DNA of 64,000 bases from Octopus vulgaris (GCA_951406725.2 OX597827.1:2232001-2296000), one strand, 5' to 3'; counted from the first letter of the stretch, positions 43,778 to 58,950 are shown. The notes: generated from the letters alone by a model not told the origin. Made by a program: numbers and translations.

Positions 43778-44081
43778 CACACATATGCACACACACACAC
43801 ATAACAAATGATGGCTGTCCACTCATGACCTCATGACGGAGAAAGACTGTCACTGACCATTAGGAAGATTGTGCACTCAGACAAAATTATACTTTGCACT
43901 TGTGTCTCTGCTGGTGACTAATAAACCCATTTCTTGATAAACATACACGTCTGTAGATACTACAAGCGACGCTACTACCATTCACTACACTACCGGTACG
44001 TTTTCGAGCAGATGGCATAAATTTGGCAGGCAAAATGCGGGTTTCTTCATATATAAGTACTTACATACATACATACATACA

Positions 44082-44270
44082 TTGGCGATTTTTTTCCTCC
44101 GTCTTTCCTTCCTTGGATCTTTCCTTTTTCTATGTTCCTGACGAAGAGCTCCGCTCGAAACGTTAAATCCTCCTTCTTTCTTTCCTTTCCTTAGCGTCTA
44201 ATAACACAATACTTGTTCCACGTCCTCGCGTTGTGTTTTCTCTTTGTGTTTTCATGTTTGGATTAACTTT
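44082..44270 (+). mobile_element. Short HHR-bearing repeat (family H1)
   Basis: CTGACGA-A-GAGC-TCC-GCTC-GAAA-CGTT at 44134-44168. Flanked on both sides by (TACA)n; same 3' terminus GGATTAACTT. Confidence 0.8.
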
Positions 44271-44647
44271 ACATACATACATATATACATTCATACATAC
44301 ATACATACATACATACATACATACATACATACATACATACATACATACATACATACATACACATACGCACATGTATATGTACACACTCTCTTCCATTTTC
44401 TCCCGATGGATATTCTCTTACTTCAGGCCACATCATCTCCTCCTCTAGTAGGCGATATAAACTATTCCGACCAATATATACAGGTTAAATTACATAAATT
44501 TGTTCATATTTTGATGAATGACTGAGGAAGATTTTGCGTAAGAGATGAAATTGTCTTCTTTTGAGCAATTACCTGAAACGTACATATTAAATGCATTCAA
44601 AATATCATTACTTGGTTTGAATTCATCATACACACACATGGATAAAG

Positions 44648-44715
<68 letters not shown>

Positions 44716-45176
44716 GCATACATAACTTAGATACATATATGTATGTGTATATCGAACTTAACGTGGCTGCATTTGCAGAAAGCCGAAGAGGACCTCTCAC
44801 ATAGATGCTTAAAAGCACACATATTCACATCGTTGGTTGATGAGAATCGTCCGCTACGAGCGACAGAATTGCAAAATCACGTAATTTCGACTTACCCCAT
44901 CGTCTCAGCGGCAGACGTCCAGTATCGGCATACCAGCCGAATTTCACTGCTAACGATATATAGAATTTCTATGACTTTTAAGGTACTGATGTAGCAAATA
45001 GCTAGCAGCCTTATTAAAAAATAATTATTAGTGATAGAGCCATTTTAAGACGGAAAAGTAATCTTTATCTCCTTGGATGTCTTTGCAGAAGGCTGAATAT
45101 TGCATTATTTACCTTAAGAAGGCTACGCATATGGACGCGTAAAAGAACACAAATTTATATCATCTGCTCACTACTG

Positions 45177-45478
<302 letters not shown>

Positions 45479-46074
45479 CTATTTGTCTGCCTATTTGTTA
45501 TCTCTCTTTCTCTTTAACATCCACGCGCGCTCCGCCTCTCTTTTTGTCTCTAAATATCTTCGTATACGTCTGGCGTATTCTCTTGCATTCGTCTCTCGAA
45601 TTTCCTTAGCCTTTATAGAAACAAACAGCAACAACAATGACAAAGAACAACAACAACAATAACACCAACTACTGCAACAACAACAACGACCACATCAGCA
45701 GCAGCACCTACCATTCACCAGTCACCAATGTTAATTTACTATCGACACTCCTGTTTCATCAATTAATAATAATAATGTTCAGTGAGCCTTGGTTTCATTC
45801 GAAACCGAGCGTACCTTAAATCTTCTTTAAGCCAGAGTAATGCAGAGCAAATCTTAAAATAATGGTTGAATTCGATAGGCATGAAATCTGAGAAGTTTAG
45901 AGGAAGCAGGGCAAGGAGGGGATTTATTAGTGATGCAATCATAAAACCACGAAGCGAAACAGAATCACAAGTAGTGGGATATTGCACTCCCTACCATGCC
46001 CCACCACTAGAAACCCCACGACTTGTACTATTGCTCATCTAGATAGGCTTGGTTTCGAAGGAAAATAAGAGCGC

Positions 46075-46575
<501 letters not shown>

Positions 46576-46839
46576 TCATCAACATCATTATAGTTGTCGT
46601 TGTTGTTATTGTTGTTGTTGCCGTTGATGTTGATGATAATGTTAGGGCAGTGAGCTGACAAAAATCGTTACCGCACCCGAAAAAATGCTTTCCGGCATTG
46701 TGTCCGTATCTGCACTCTGAGTACAAATTCCGTCGAGGTCGATTTTGCTTTTCATTCTTTCATTGTCAATGTGATAAGAACTAGTTACGTGCTGGGGTTG
46801 ATGTATCCGACTTATCCCACCCCAAAAACTGCAGGCTTA

Positions 46840-46892
<53 letters not shown>

Positions 46893-46893
<1 letters not shown>

Positions 46894-47300
46894 GCCTTTG
46901 CACAGCTTCTAACGCTGGAGATGTACTACAGTGTCAGCTGCTCTCTACCAGTGAACAAAGGTAACACCTCTTAATTTTCGAGCACCTTCCAGAGTATTCG
47001 AGCGGTTTCAAGCAGTGCTGTTTTCTACAAGTGCTCCACCCTTATTGCAGCCCCTATTTGTTCCACGTACTTCTCGAGAATTTTGCTCACTGTTCCCAGG
47101 GTTCCGACAATTATTGCTACTACAGCGACCTTTTTCAAGGGCTACAACTACTTAACTTCCCAAGCTAACCTGTCATATCTCTCGACTTTTCATTCTTCTA
47201 TATCGCATACCTTGTCGTCAGCTATGTGTATGCTATGTGTATGATCCAGCATATTTTGTTTTCTTTCTCAATTAAGACTATGGCTGGCTTCCTATTCTAG
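46893..47300 (-). mobile_element. R4/Dong-type (restriction-like endonuclease) non-LTR retrotransposon 3' fragment ending in (TAA)n
   Basis: Reverse-complement translation RKPAIVLIEKENKICWII..KVERYDRLAWEVK..IIVGTLGTVSK..HL*KTALLETARILWKVL, then a short UTR, then (TAA)n at 46840-46892. Confidence 0.75.
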
Positions 47301-48130
47301 TGTGTGTATGTGTCATAATGTGTGCGCGTAGGTGTGTGTGTGTGTTTATCCCCCTCTTCATCACTTGACAACAGCATTTTGGTTTGTTTACGTCCCTATT
47401 CTAAATCATAGAATATAGACCACACTTAGAAAAGAAGCACTGGGGTCGATATGTTCCAATATAAATTCTTCAAAGTGGTGCTCCAGCATGGCCTCAGTCC
47501 AGTTATGGACATTTATATTAAGTTTAGATCCCGCCTGGTTCAAGATAGTTTCCAACATTCATAGGTCTATAAATTAAAGTACGAGTCAAGTACTTTATTC
47601 CGCATTTTTCATCACCCTCAAATAAATATGTATGGTCTTGTATCAATATCAGAAATCCAATATTTAAAGAAAAAAATTAATTCTGGGTCAAGTATTTGCT
47701 TCGATTACATAACGGAATGAAAGGTGGAGGCGGGGTTTCGAATACATCAAACGTAGTTTCGCTATTTGTTCTGTTTTGCTTTTTTAATTGAGTGCTGGAT
47801 ATTGGATATATTAGAGTAACAGATTATAATCTTTACCATTATTCTAGCATATTTCCTTGTTTTTCTGAAACAAACATAATAATGGCGTATCAATTCCTTG
47901 TGTAACGCAACAGATACATGCACGAATAACAAACACATACAAACATATCTGCGTACATACACATTATGTATATACACTCACCCATATGTAAATATATATA
48001 TATATGTATATATGTGTGTGTGTGTGTGTGTGTATGTATGCACATATAAGCATTCATATATATGTATACATATATGTATAAATCTCTCTATGTACACATG
48101 TACGTATATAGATATATATGTGTCTGTGTG

Positions 48131-48218
<88 letters not shown>

Positions 48219-48326
48219 CATATACAAATACGCATATATGCAAGTATATATACATATGCGCACACATACGTACATATAAACATATATGTATGCATATACA
48301 GATACGAGTATGCATATACAAATACA

Positions 48327-48440
<114 letters not shown>

Positions 48441-48789
48441 TGTGTGCATGTATGTGTGTACGTATGTGTATATATGTATCGATTAACTGATTGTTTGCTT
48501 GTTTTCATAACACTATATCAACTCGGCTTGTTGCCAACTTGTTTTTATGCTTTTATGAGAGACCGTGATGAGGATACGGATAACAATAATGATATTTTAT
48601 ATCTTTCAGAGCGAGGAGTTGAAGAGATTGTAACGAACCCCCTTTTATCTTACTGGTACTTTTCAATTGACTCCCCAACATTTCCCTTCCTCGAAAGCAA
48701 GGCAGAACTTTATCCGGTGGTTTTTAAACTAAGAACAGAAAAGAACATACCATACTCAATTGTGTATAAATCGTTCTTTGGGTAGAGCA

Positions 48790-49395
48790 CTGCTGTAAAG
48801 TAAGCGTGTAGAATTGAAATATATTCCTCATGTGTCCATTTATGCCTTTTTGGTTTTATTTGCGGGAAACGAGGAACACCGTCCGGCCCTTTATTTTGAC
48901 TGATTTTGCTTGATTTTTAACTGAAAGCAAAGCTGATGTGTGACTTATACACGTAACAATGTCAAAACTATGAAGAGAAAACATTTTGTGCCACGATTTC
49001 ACACTAAATGAGTGGCGCAAATCGGAGAGGAGTAAGGAACAATCTCAGAATCATAGAGGACCTCCTTTTAAACTAATTGAGGCCGCTCAATAACAACAGG
49101 AAGGAACTACACGAAGCAGACTGGTTGCTATAGCAACATCTGTATGTGCATTTCATCTTCCTTTTGCTCCCTTCCTCCTTCCTCACCAACACATCTGAGC
49201 AACGACTTTTTCCAACTTCCGCTTTTTTCTAAATGTCCTGAAGAAAAGGCCATAACCCCGAAACATAGACATACAAATTAAAACTGCAATTTCGTTCCGT
49301 TTCCTTTTCTTTCTTTGTATTTTACCTTCTCGCATTGTTCTAGCCTCACACAATAAATCTCTTTTAAGTTATACCACTTTACCAAAACTATCTCA
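48790..49395 (+). mobile_element. Degraded PLE 3' fragment (GIY-YIG remnant + HHR)
   Basis: Broken translation IFLMCP..FYLRETRNTVR and NLRIIEDLLLN*LRPLNNNRKE resembles a GIY-YIG C-terminus. HHR-like ATGTC-CTGAAGA-..GG/CC..-GAAA-CA-TA-GACAT at 49233-49272. Ends at a TG/TA microsatellite. Confidence 0.5.
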
Positions 49396-49427
49396 TGTGT
49401 GTATGTATTTATATTTATATATATATA

Positions 49428-49527
<100 letters not shown>

Positions 49528-49637
49528 CATACATACATATATATATATACATACATACGTGCTTTTTCATTGGCTCCTAAGGAGCGTTTTGTTCGAATAC
49601 CTTGCTGCGCATTTGTTTTGGATTTTTAAATTCCTGG

Positions 49638-49723
49638 ATTTTCCTGAAGAGAATGTTGCAAAATGGTCTCCTTATTCAATCCGAATTTGGAAATTTGCGG
49701 CCTTTGAAACATGTGTAGAAAAT
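49638..49723 (+). ncRNA. Hammerhead ribozyme-like motif with extended helix II
   Basis: ATTTTC-CTGAAGA-[GAA t GTTGCAAA...TTTGCGGC c TTT]-GAAA-CATGTG-TA-GAAAAT. 6-bp helix I, GUA site, AATAAA right after. Sits in a ~370-bp insert between TA tracts (49558-49930). Confidence 0.68.
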
Positions 49724-49929
49724 AATAAAAGGAATTCTGTAGCATCTTCGTTCAGCTCCATTTCTTCCCTTCACTAAATATATCAAACTTCAATTATCCG
49801 CGCTAAGGCACGGCTGCGACACCCCAAGGTAGTAACTTCAACCGTGTTTTTTCTGTTGTGATTTTTGCTACCCAGGTATCGGTTAAATTTTGAATAATCC
49901 TTAACAAGATAATTCATTTATCCATTTCA

Positions 49930-50008
<79 letters not shown>

Positions 50009-50242
50009 CAGTTCTAAATCTCTGAACGAGAAACATGCAGCAACAGTACATTAGAGTAAAGTTTATTTGCCAACGCAAAATAGCAATCCTTATTAGGACG
50101 AATGTTACTGCTATTTAACTCCAGGAAAACATCTTCGCACTAACTGCGTCCTTATACTTCGAAGTATAAGATGTTTTCTTGGGGCTAAATAGTAGTATTA
50201 TTTGCCCTGATCAGGTCTACCATTTTACGTTGGTAAATAAAC

Positions 50243-50338
<96 letters not shown>

Positions 50339-50341
<3 letters not shown>

Positions 50342-50425
50342 CCATATTTACTCGTATATAAGCTGCGTTATTTTATTCTTGATTTTAGCCGAAAAATGAC
50401 TCGGATGCGACTTATACACAGGTTA
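50339..50425 (+). mobile_element. Possible pogo/Tc2-type DNA transposon terminus
   Basis: TA|CCCCATATTTACTCGTATATAAGCTGC..GCGACTTATACAC resembles Tc2/Tigger-like subterminal motifs. No matching second TIR found. Confidence 0.35.
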
Positions 50426-51219
50426 AAGCTAAAATTTAGAAAGCAGAAAATAATATATATAATAATACAGAGAGAAAATGTTGCACCGAATGTCAACACC
50501 AACTTAGTGGTGCGACCTACAAGGAACTGACGCAAAAATTTAGGGACATGCATGGCAAACCGCGATCTGAGGGATTCTCTGCATGCCACGCCTAGTTTCA
50601 CGCGGAAAATAACAGTTATACAAATTGCCTTGAAATGTCTTAATAGTGCAGCTTGTCTTATGATAAGTCTTATCTCGTTTCTGGAAAACGGTTGTCCATG
50701 CCATATATATTCCAACAGCTCAGCTGTTTCATCCATCAATCTTTAATCATGTTCTTAACACAGGTGAGTTTTATTTATTTTTAACGAACCTGGAACGATG
50801 TAAAGTAAAAACGATTTCGATGAGATTTCAACACGGAACATAGACATGCAACAGAATAACGCCCAACATTTTATTAATGTTACCACACCACCACCAACAA
50901 CATCAACACCACGTCTCTCGGGAGATTTTCCCTAAGACAACCAATTCCATCCATGGTCATGGCTAGAATGCCTTTGCATTAGAGGTCAGCTACATCAGGA
51001 TCGATATAGGAGAAAACAAAATAATATCATACCAATATCAATGAAGAAGCCTCTTCCTGACTGTTTGTTCCACTAGAAATAGCAGTCAAATCTTTCTCAG
51101 AGCTACATGCTGCCGTCTTGAAAAAAAATGGACCACTGGATAATGTAAATCTAGTTATACTATACCTGACAAAAAAGAAGCACAGTTTAGAGTATTTATT
51201 TATTTATTTATTTAACTCA

Positions 51220-51574
51220 GGACAAATACCGCAGTAACTGGCCTATCGACTGTGTTTGTACATTATGTATGATGCCCCGATGGCTATTTTAATCTAATAC
51301 TCTCTCAACTACGTATACCAAATTTCTATTCAGCCGGGAAGCTATTCGCATCATCTAAATATTTTCTTCACTTTTTCCTCTATCAGAGACGATGAATTCT
51401 CGTTCGACCATGTGGCTGACTGCAATTAAATGCCATTGAAAACGGCCAAAAGGACCATAATATATTTAACTTTCGCTGTCCGCTGCTGGGGATGTTTTCT
51501 TGGGACAAATACTGTAGTAAGTAGCCTATCGAATGTGTGTACACCTTAAGTATGATATACAGATGGCTATTTTA
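51220..51574 (+). repeat. Diverged ~72-bp direct repeat pair (51220-51291; 51503-51574)
   Basis: GGACAAATAC..AGTAA..GCCTATCGA.TGTGT..GTATGAT..GATGGCTATTTTA occurs twice. Confidence 0.7.
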
Positions 51575-51943
51575 TTCATTTGTTTATGTGTTTCCTTATT
51601 GATTTCTTGTTGGTTTAGTCTTTGAACGAAGGATCTGTGTCGATGTGGCCCCCTACAGACTCTCCAGAGATCGATGAGGAGCTTTCTTGGAACAATTGCG
51701 GTAGAAATGAGCAGTGAGCTGCGTTGGCTGGAATGTCTTTGATCGTAGGTCTGTGGAATCGGGGTTGAGTTGGAAATTAAACAACAACAACAACAACCAG
51801 CAACAAAAACAACACCAAAATCATCACCACTACTACCACCATCAACAACAACAACAGTAACAACAACAATATAACCGCTAGAAGTAATACAAACACGACC
51901 ATCACCACCGGTTCAAGTATCATCTCCTCCATATTAACAATAC

Positions 51944-52177
51944 CTATTTCTTTATTACCCACAAGGGGCTAAACATAGAGGGGACAAACATGGACAGACA
52001 TAGGTATTAAGTCGATTATATCGACCCCAGTGCTTAACTGGTACTTAATTTATCGACCTCGAAAGGATGAAAGGTAAAGTCGACCTCGGCGGAATTTGAA
52101 CTCACAACGTAACGGCAGACGAAATACCGCTAAGCATTTCGCCCGACGTGCTAACGATTCTGCTAGCTCGCCGCCTT
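51944..52177 (-). mobile_element. SINE family A, monomer with 12-bp TSD
   Basis: TATTAACAATAC at 51932-51943 and 52180-52191. Confidence 0.88.
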
Positions 52178-52920
52178 GGTATTAACAATACATATGGAAT
52201 ATTAACAATACCACCACCAACAACAACAGCAATACAACCGTTAAAACAACACTACCAGAACTACCACCGCCACCACCACCACCACCGCCAGCTCCAGTAC
52301 CAGCTCCTTCATCACTAATAACACCACCAACAGCAGCAATACGACCAACAACAACAACAATGACACCTACTTCCCCATCACCACCATCATCGCCAGGAAC
52401 AACAATAACAATATCACTGCCAAAAACAACAACAACAAAAGAATAACAACACTATCACCGCCACCAGCTCAAAGTACCTCCTCCACCACCAACAACAACA
52501 CGGCAGAAAACAACGTCACCACCACCACCACCACCACCAATAACAACAACAACATCAACAACAACAGCAGCAACAAACACCACCATATGCCTATCCACAC
52601 CACAGCTGACCTCGGCCGCCATTCTTATATCTGTACATTTAACAGACATCAATAAATATCAATGCATATTTCTCTGCTTCTATCAATCTCTCCATTTCTC
52701 CACCACATTACCTCACCAATATCATCGACTTCCATATGTATAAACCTCATCATTACACAATACCTCTCTCTCTCTCTCCTCATTCTGTCTGTCTGTCTCT
52801 CTTTTCTTGCTCTCTCTGTCTCTCTCTCTCTTACTTTCTTTCCTCTTTCTTTTTCTCTCACAACTGTCTTAATCCATTAATCCCAGGTTACCACTGACCT
52901 CCCACCAATACTTGTTCGAC

Positions 52921-53151
52921 GTTGTTGTTGTTGTTGTTGTTGTTGTTCTTCTTCTTCTTCTTCTTCTTCTTCTTCTTCCTCTTCCTCCTTCTCTTGCTCT
53001 TCTTCTTCTTCATCCTTCTCCTCCCCTTCTCTTCTTCGTCTTCGTCTTCCTCTTCTTCTTGCTCTTCTTCTTCTTCCTCCTATTCGTCTTCTTCTTCCTC
53101 CACCTACTCTTCTTCTACTCCTTCTTCCTCCACCTCCTCTTCTTATTCTTC

Positions 53152-53205
<54 letters not shown>

Positions 53206-53366
53206 TTCTTCGTCTTCCTCTTCTTCAATACGGCTCAGCCAACTGGAATGACCTTTCATAATCTTTACATTTCATATGGTAGTTTACTTTTTTCTTTGTG
53301 ACTTAACTTTTTTTTGTTTTATTTATTCTATCTTCTGCCTTTTTATTTATTTACTTCTGTGCTTAC

Positions 53367-53397
<31 letters not shown>

Positions 53398-53484
53398 TAT
53401 ATTCATATATATATATGTAGATATATGTATCTCTCTCTCTCTCTCTCTAAATACATACATATATATATGATATATATATATATA

Positions 53485-53562
<78 letters not shown>

Positions 53563-53563
53563 G

Positions 53564-53606
<43 letters not shown>

Positions 53607-53615
53607 ATGTATGTA
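52921..53615. repeat. (GTT)n/(CTT)n followed by (TA)n/(TG)n
   Basis: Direct reading. Confidence 0.93.
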
Positions 53616-55203
53616 TTGCTAATTATTCTTGGCAGGACTGAAGTTCTGCTTGACCCTTAAAACTATCATATCACAAAAAAAAAAGAAGGTAAAAAGGAAA
53701 ACGAAAATAGCCTTCCACGCCACCGAAACCACTTTGGTGTTAGGAGTGGATGGACAGAGGGAGTGAGAGAGGAAGATATAGAAAGAGAGAGGATAATAAT
53801 GACAGATACAGATAGATAGAGTGATCGATTGAGAGAGGGAGAGAAAGAGAAAGAGAGAGAGAGAGAGGGGAGATGAGAGAAAAGTGAGAGAGAGAGAGAG
53901 GGTGAGAGTAGGTGAATGCCCCCTCCCACCCAAATGAAATAAATGGATATGTAAGCACAATTCAATTGCATTGAAGTTTTCATAAAGAGGGAACGGTGCT
54001 CCCGTAATAACTCGTCTCATCGCTTTTCTGCATATATCCACAAAACAATACACACACACACACACTCATTCATACATACATACACACACATACATTCATA
54101 CATACATTCACACATACGTGTATACATACATACATACATACATACATACATTCATACATACATTCACACATACGTGTATACATACATACATACATGCATA
54201 CATACATACATACATACATGCATACATACATACATACATACATACATGCATACATACATACATACATACATACATACATACATACATACATACATACATG
54301 CATACATACATACATACATACATCCATACATACATTCATACATATATACGCACACATATATAAAGGTGTATGTTTATGCATGTCTTTTAAATTTCGTAAC
54401 TGCTATTTATCTATCTGTCTTATTTATGTCTGTCTGTCTGTCTGTCTGTCTGTCGTCCATCCGTCTGTCTGTCCGTCCGTGTGTCTGTATATCTGTTTAA
54501 CTGCCCGTTCGTCAGTCTTGCTATTTATATATATATATATGTATACACACATACACATATATACGTGTGTGTACGTGAGTCCATTAGTTGCATTAGTTAT
54601 ATAAATATATAAATATATATATATATATGTATGTATGTATGCGTGTGTGTGTGTTCATTCGTATATACACACACGTATGCAGATTCACGCACGAACAACT
54701 ATACACACAGCACGTGTATGTGTGTGCATGTATTTTGAAGTTCATAATTGTAATCTATGGCCTTGTATATATATGTATATGGGTGTATGTGCGTGCATTA
54801 GATATCTAAACATACATATCATATACACAAAACACGCAGACACACACAGATTTCAACACATACATTCTTTCAAATTCCTTTCTTCTTTGTGTATATATAT
54901 TTTTTCATATCTCCTTGTCCATCTCACTTATGCTTCTTTGTATATTTCTTGCATTTTTATCTTCTTTCTTGAACCATTAGTAGAGTGCTCTCCCACTTAT
55001 TAGCTCTTCAAAGTAGAGGTAGTTTTATCTTCAGAGCGCTATTACGTTGCTCAGAGAGCAGCTAATAAGTACAAGCGAATCGTTTCTCAAACGCCAACCA
55101 TTTACATTCTGCTGACTCTCCCCAATAAATACTCTCCATTTTCTCGTTCCAAACAGATTTTTTCAGCAATTTTCTGGCATACATACACACATACATACAT
55201 GCG

Positions 55204-55278
<75 letters not shown>

Positions 55279-55363
55279 TGTGTATGTGTGAATATATTTG
55301 TATATATGTGTATATATGTATGTATGTATGTATCTATCTATCTATTTATCTATCTATATATAC

Positions 55364-55404
<41 letters not shown>

Positions 55405-55518
55405 TACATGAATATACACACTCACACGTACATACACATTCGTTGTATGACGCTACGGTTCCAATTTTTATTTTTCTGTTTTTAAATGCATGTATATACA
55501 TATACATGCATGTGTTAT

Positions 55519-55550
<32 letters not shown>

Positions 55551-55628
55551 ACATACATATTATATATAAATGATATAAATGCGCGTTTTTTTTATATATG
55601 TATTACATTTTATTCATATTCATATTCG

Positions 55629-55692
<64 letters not shown>

Positions 55693-56346
55693 GTTATTTA
55701 ATAAATAGCAGTGCTAGTTTTCTTTGGAATAAAGCCAACTATGTTTTCCTCAATAGACATACACGGAGGCAATTTGAATCCCCTATTTCAGCTGTAACTA
55801 CATCTTAAAAAGCATATATATATATAAATACATACACACGTGTGTGTGTATGTGTGTGTGTGTGTGTCTGTGTGCAAGTAATTGGTTATCTTTAATCCTA
55901 AATTTAAGTAGAATATTTTTGCCGATCTAATCATTAATATTTCCAAGGTTGTCTTAGATCCTCCGTCACCAACGACGCCTCTTAATGTGGTTCAACTAAC
56001 GCCACCCACCCCACCACCTTTATTTCCTAATACCTAAACTAACAGTCATTTTATCATACTACTTTAGACAAAAAATCATTAAAAAAAAGCGATAAACCCC
56101 AGCAAAATGTTTTTATTCTTGTGCCCCCACCCCAACCTTCCCACTCCCAACGTCGCAATCTGCCACTAAAACCTGGATGGGCAATTATAGTCATATTAAC
56201 GGACATAATACAGACATGCATATATACACACACAAACACATTCTCCATATACATGAATATATATATTTATTTATATAGATATATACACACATATGCATAT
56301 TCTTTTATTCTTTTAATCTTTTATTCTTTTAATCTAAAAACACATA

Positions 56347-56642
56347 TGCAGCACAGAATTTTGTCAGTGAACAGGTCGCGGTCTCAAAGCAACGAAAATA
56401 TTTAGGCAAATTAATTCTAAATGTTGGAGTGAATCTAACGGTTTTTGTGTGTTTCTTAAATGGCTTATAAACGCCTTGTGTGCTGGAACGAAAACAATTG
56501 CAGCGTGGAAGGTGTTTATAAGTCATTTAAGAAACACACAAAAACCGTTAGATTCACTCCAACATTGAAATTAATTTGCCTAAATATTTTCGTCGCTTTG
56601 AGCCCGCGACTTGTCCACTGACAAAATTCCGTGGTGTCTGCA
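56347..56642. mobile_element. MITE-like foldback element (~130-bp arms)
   Basis: CACAGAATTTTGTCAGTG...CACTGACAAAATTCCGTG; the arms are near-perfect inverted repeats around a ~30-nt spacer. Confidence 0.8.
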
Positions 56643-56691
56643 AAAATTAACAGCTTCAGAGATGCTGCTGCTGCTGCTGCTGTTGCTGTTG

Positions 56692-56979
56692 AGCGAACGG
56701 TCTTCGTCCCAGAGCTCGCAAGATGGGAGAAGTCCGAAACGTGGTACTTTGCTATTCGTAAGACCCGCAGAAGAGAAAGCAGGTCAACCCCCCGACACCG
56801 AGAGCATCGACGGATGGATGAATGCGCATCCAGGCTCACCACACCACCCCCTGCCGGAGCCTCGTGGAGCTTTAGGTGTTTTCGCTCAATAAACACAAAC
56901 AACGTCCGGTTTGGGAATCGAAACCGCGATCCTCCGACCGCGAGTCAGCTGCCCTAACCACTGAGCCATTGCGCCTCCA
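56692..56979 (-). mobile_element. tRNA(Arg-like)-derived SINE (family C) with 12-bp TSD
   Basis: Reverse-complement head GGAGGCGCAATGGCTCAGTGGTTAGGGCAGCTGACTCGCGGTCGGAGGATCGCGGTTTCGATTCCC. TSD CTGTTGCTGTTG at 56680-56691 and 56980-56991. Confidence 0.82.
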
Positions 56980-57567
56980 CTGTTGCTGTTGTTTTTGTTG
57001 TTGTTGATGTTGTTTAGCCCCAGGCCAACCCTAATCGAGCAGAAATAATATTAAATACATTCCAAGTGACTACACAATATTTTTCTTCCAGTATGCCGTA
57101 AAAGCCAGGTCATATTTTGTTGCGTAACCCTTTCAAAGACTGTACGACTTGATCTGAGAGTGGTTTACCTTCTTTTGTTGAAGATTTTATCATTGCTTCT
57201 GTTGTTGCTTTGGATGTTAATAGTTTTACTTTTTTTTACTTGTTTCAGTCATTAAATTGCGGCCATACAAGGGCACCGCTGGATCCAAAATTATTTGCAG
57301 TCACTTTAAGAACCATTCTGCGTGTATGTACTCGAGCGTTTGCGGTGTTGGCGACCGCATTCGCCTGCGTGTGTGTTTATAACGCGCGGGTGTGCAGTGT
57401 CCGTGTGTCCGTGTGTCCGTCTGTTCTGTTTCCAGCAAGCAGCGTATCTCGTTCGCTTTGACAAATATTGATTGGAGACATACGTTATTGTCTCCCCTTG
57501 CACTGCTTTGCACGACACTCTAAGACAATACTCAGCCCGTCTGCCAGTTTAGCCAGCCGGCTAACAC

Positions 57568-57650
<83 letters not shown>

Positions 57651-57666
57651 AAGCAGTAGTAATAGT

Positions 57667-57743
<77 letters not shown>

Positions 57744-57745
57744 CA
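57568..57745. repeat. (AGT)n microsatellite
   Basis: Direct reading. Confidence 0.96.
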
Positions 57746-57838
57746 GCAGGGGTGGTGGTAGTGGTGGGAGAAGCGGAAAAAGAAAGAATAACAGCTACAG
57801 CACCAACCAAACCAACGCCTCAACCAGCATCACTTGGT

Positions 57839-57893
<55 letters not shown>

Positions 57894-58180
57894 CAACCGT
57901 CATCATCATTGTCGTCGTCGTCACCATCATCATCAACATCATCATCAACATGTAGGTCGAACTATGTGAATAAACTCCAGTCCATTGGAAGTCTAGTTTC
58001 TTCATTACGCACACACATTAAATACATACCTCACACATACAAATCAACACCCACATACACACACACACACACGCCCACATTGCACGCACACGCACACACA
58101 AAAGCGTAGATACGTTTTCATACATACACATCTCACACACTTGCATCCTCCACAGTGCCTCAGTGCGTGAGCGCGCGTGC

Positions 58181-58221
<41 letters not shown>

Positions 58222-58711
58222 TGTGTGTGTCTGTGTGTTGGTTATCTGCAAAAGGCAATACTTATTCCGTTTCCATAAATGGAGAAAAACAACCAGACAT
58301 CATTTGCTGGTATGAAGTTTTAGCTGGATCTATTCACAGAATTCTCGCCCTGGGGCCAAAACATTATAATACCGTTTATGTGTGTGTGTGTGTGATTGTG
58401 CATGTATGTGTGTATGTGCATCGTGCGTGTGACTTATTTATATCTGTGTTTGTGCATAAGCATAGACTTTTGAGTAAAAGTTGTATGTAGGTATATATAC
58501 ATATGTATAAGTATGTGTATATATATGTATATAGATATGTGTGTGTGTGTGTTAATATATAGATACGTGTATGCATATATGTATATACATATATTTGTGC
58601 GTGTATGTATATGTATATATATATATATACGTTGTACATATGTTTGTGTGAATATATTTATATGTATATATATTATATATACTTATATATATGTATCTGT
58701 ATATATATATG

Positions 58712-58759
<48 letters not shown>

Positions 58760-58914
58760 TATGTACATGTGTGTATATGTATGTAAATGCATATTCATAC
58801 ATATAGACATATGTATATATGTATTTGTATGTGTGTATAATATTGATATATATGCGCGTATGTGTATATATATATTCTCACACGCACACACACACACAAA
58901 CACACACATTCAGT

Positions 58915-58950
<36 letters not shown>

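Noticed and set aside
44515-44562. CTGAGGA..GAAA-TTG-TC
   Set aside because: Helix I is only 2 bp and helix II is wobble-rich; compatible with chance.
50368-50746. 123-aa ORF (TAELLE..) as histone H2A-like or transposase
   Set aside because: Resemblance is limited to a few residues; cannot be supported.
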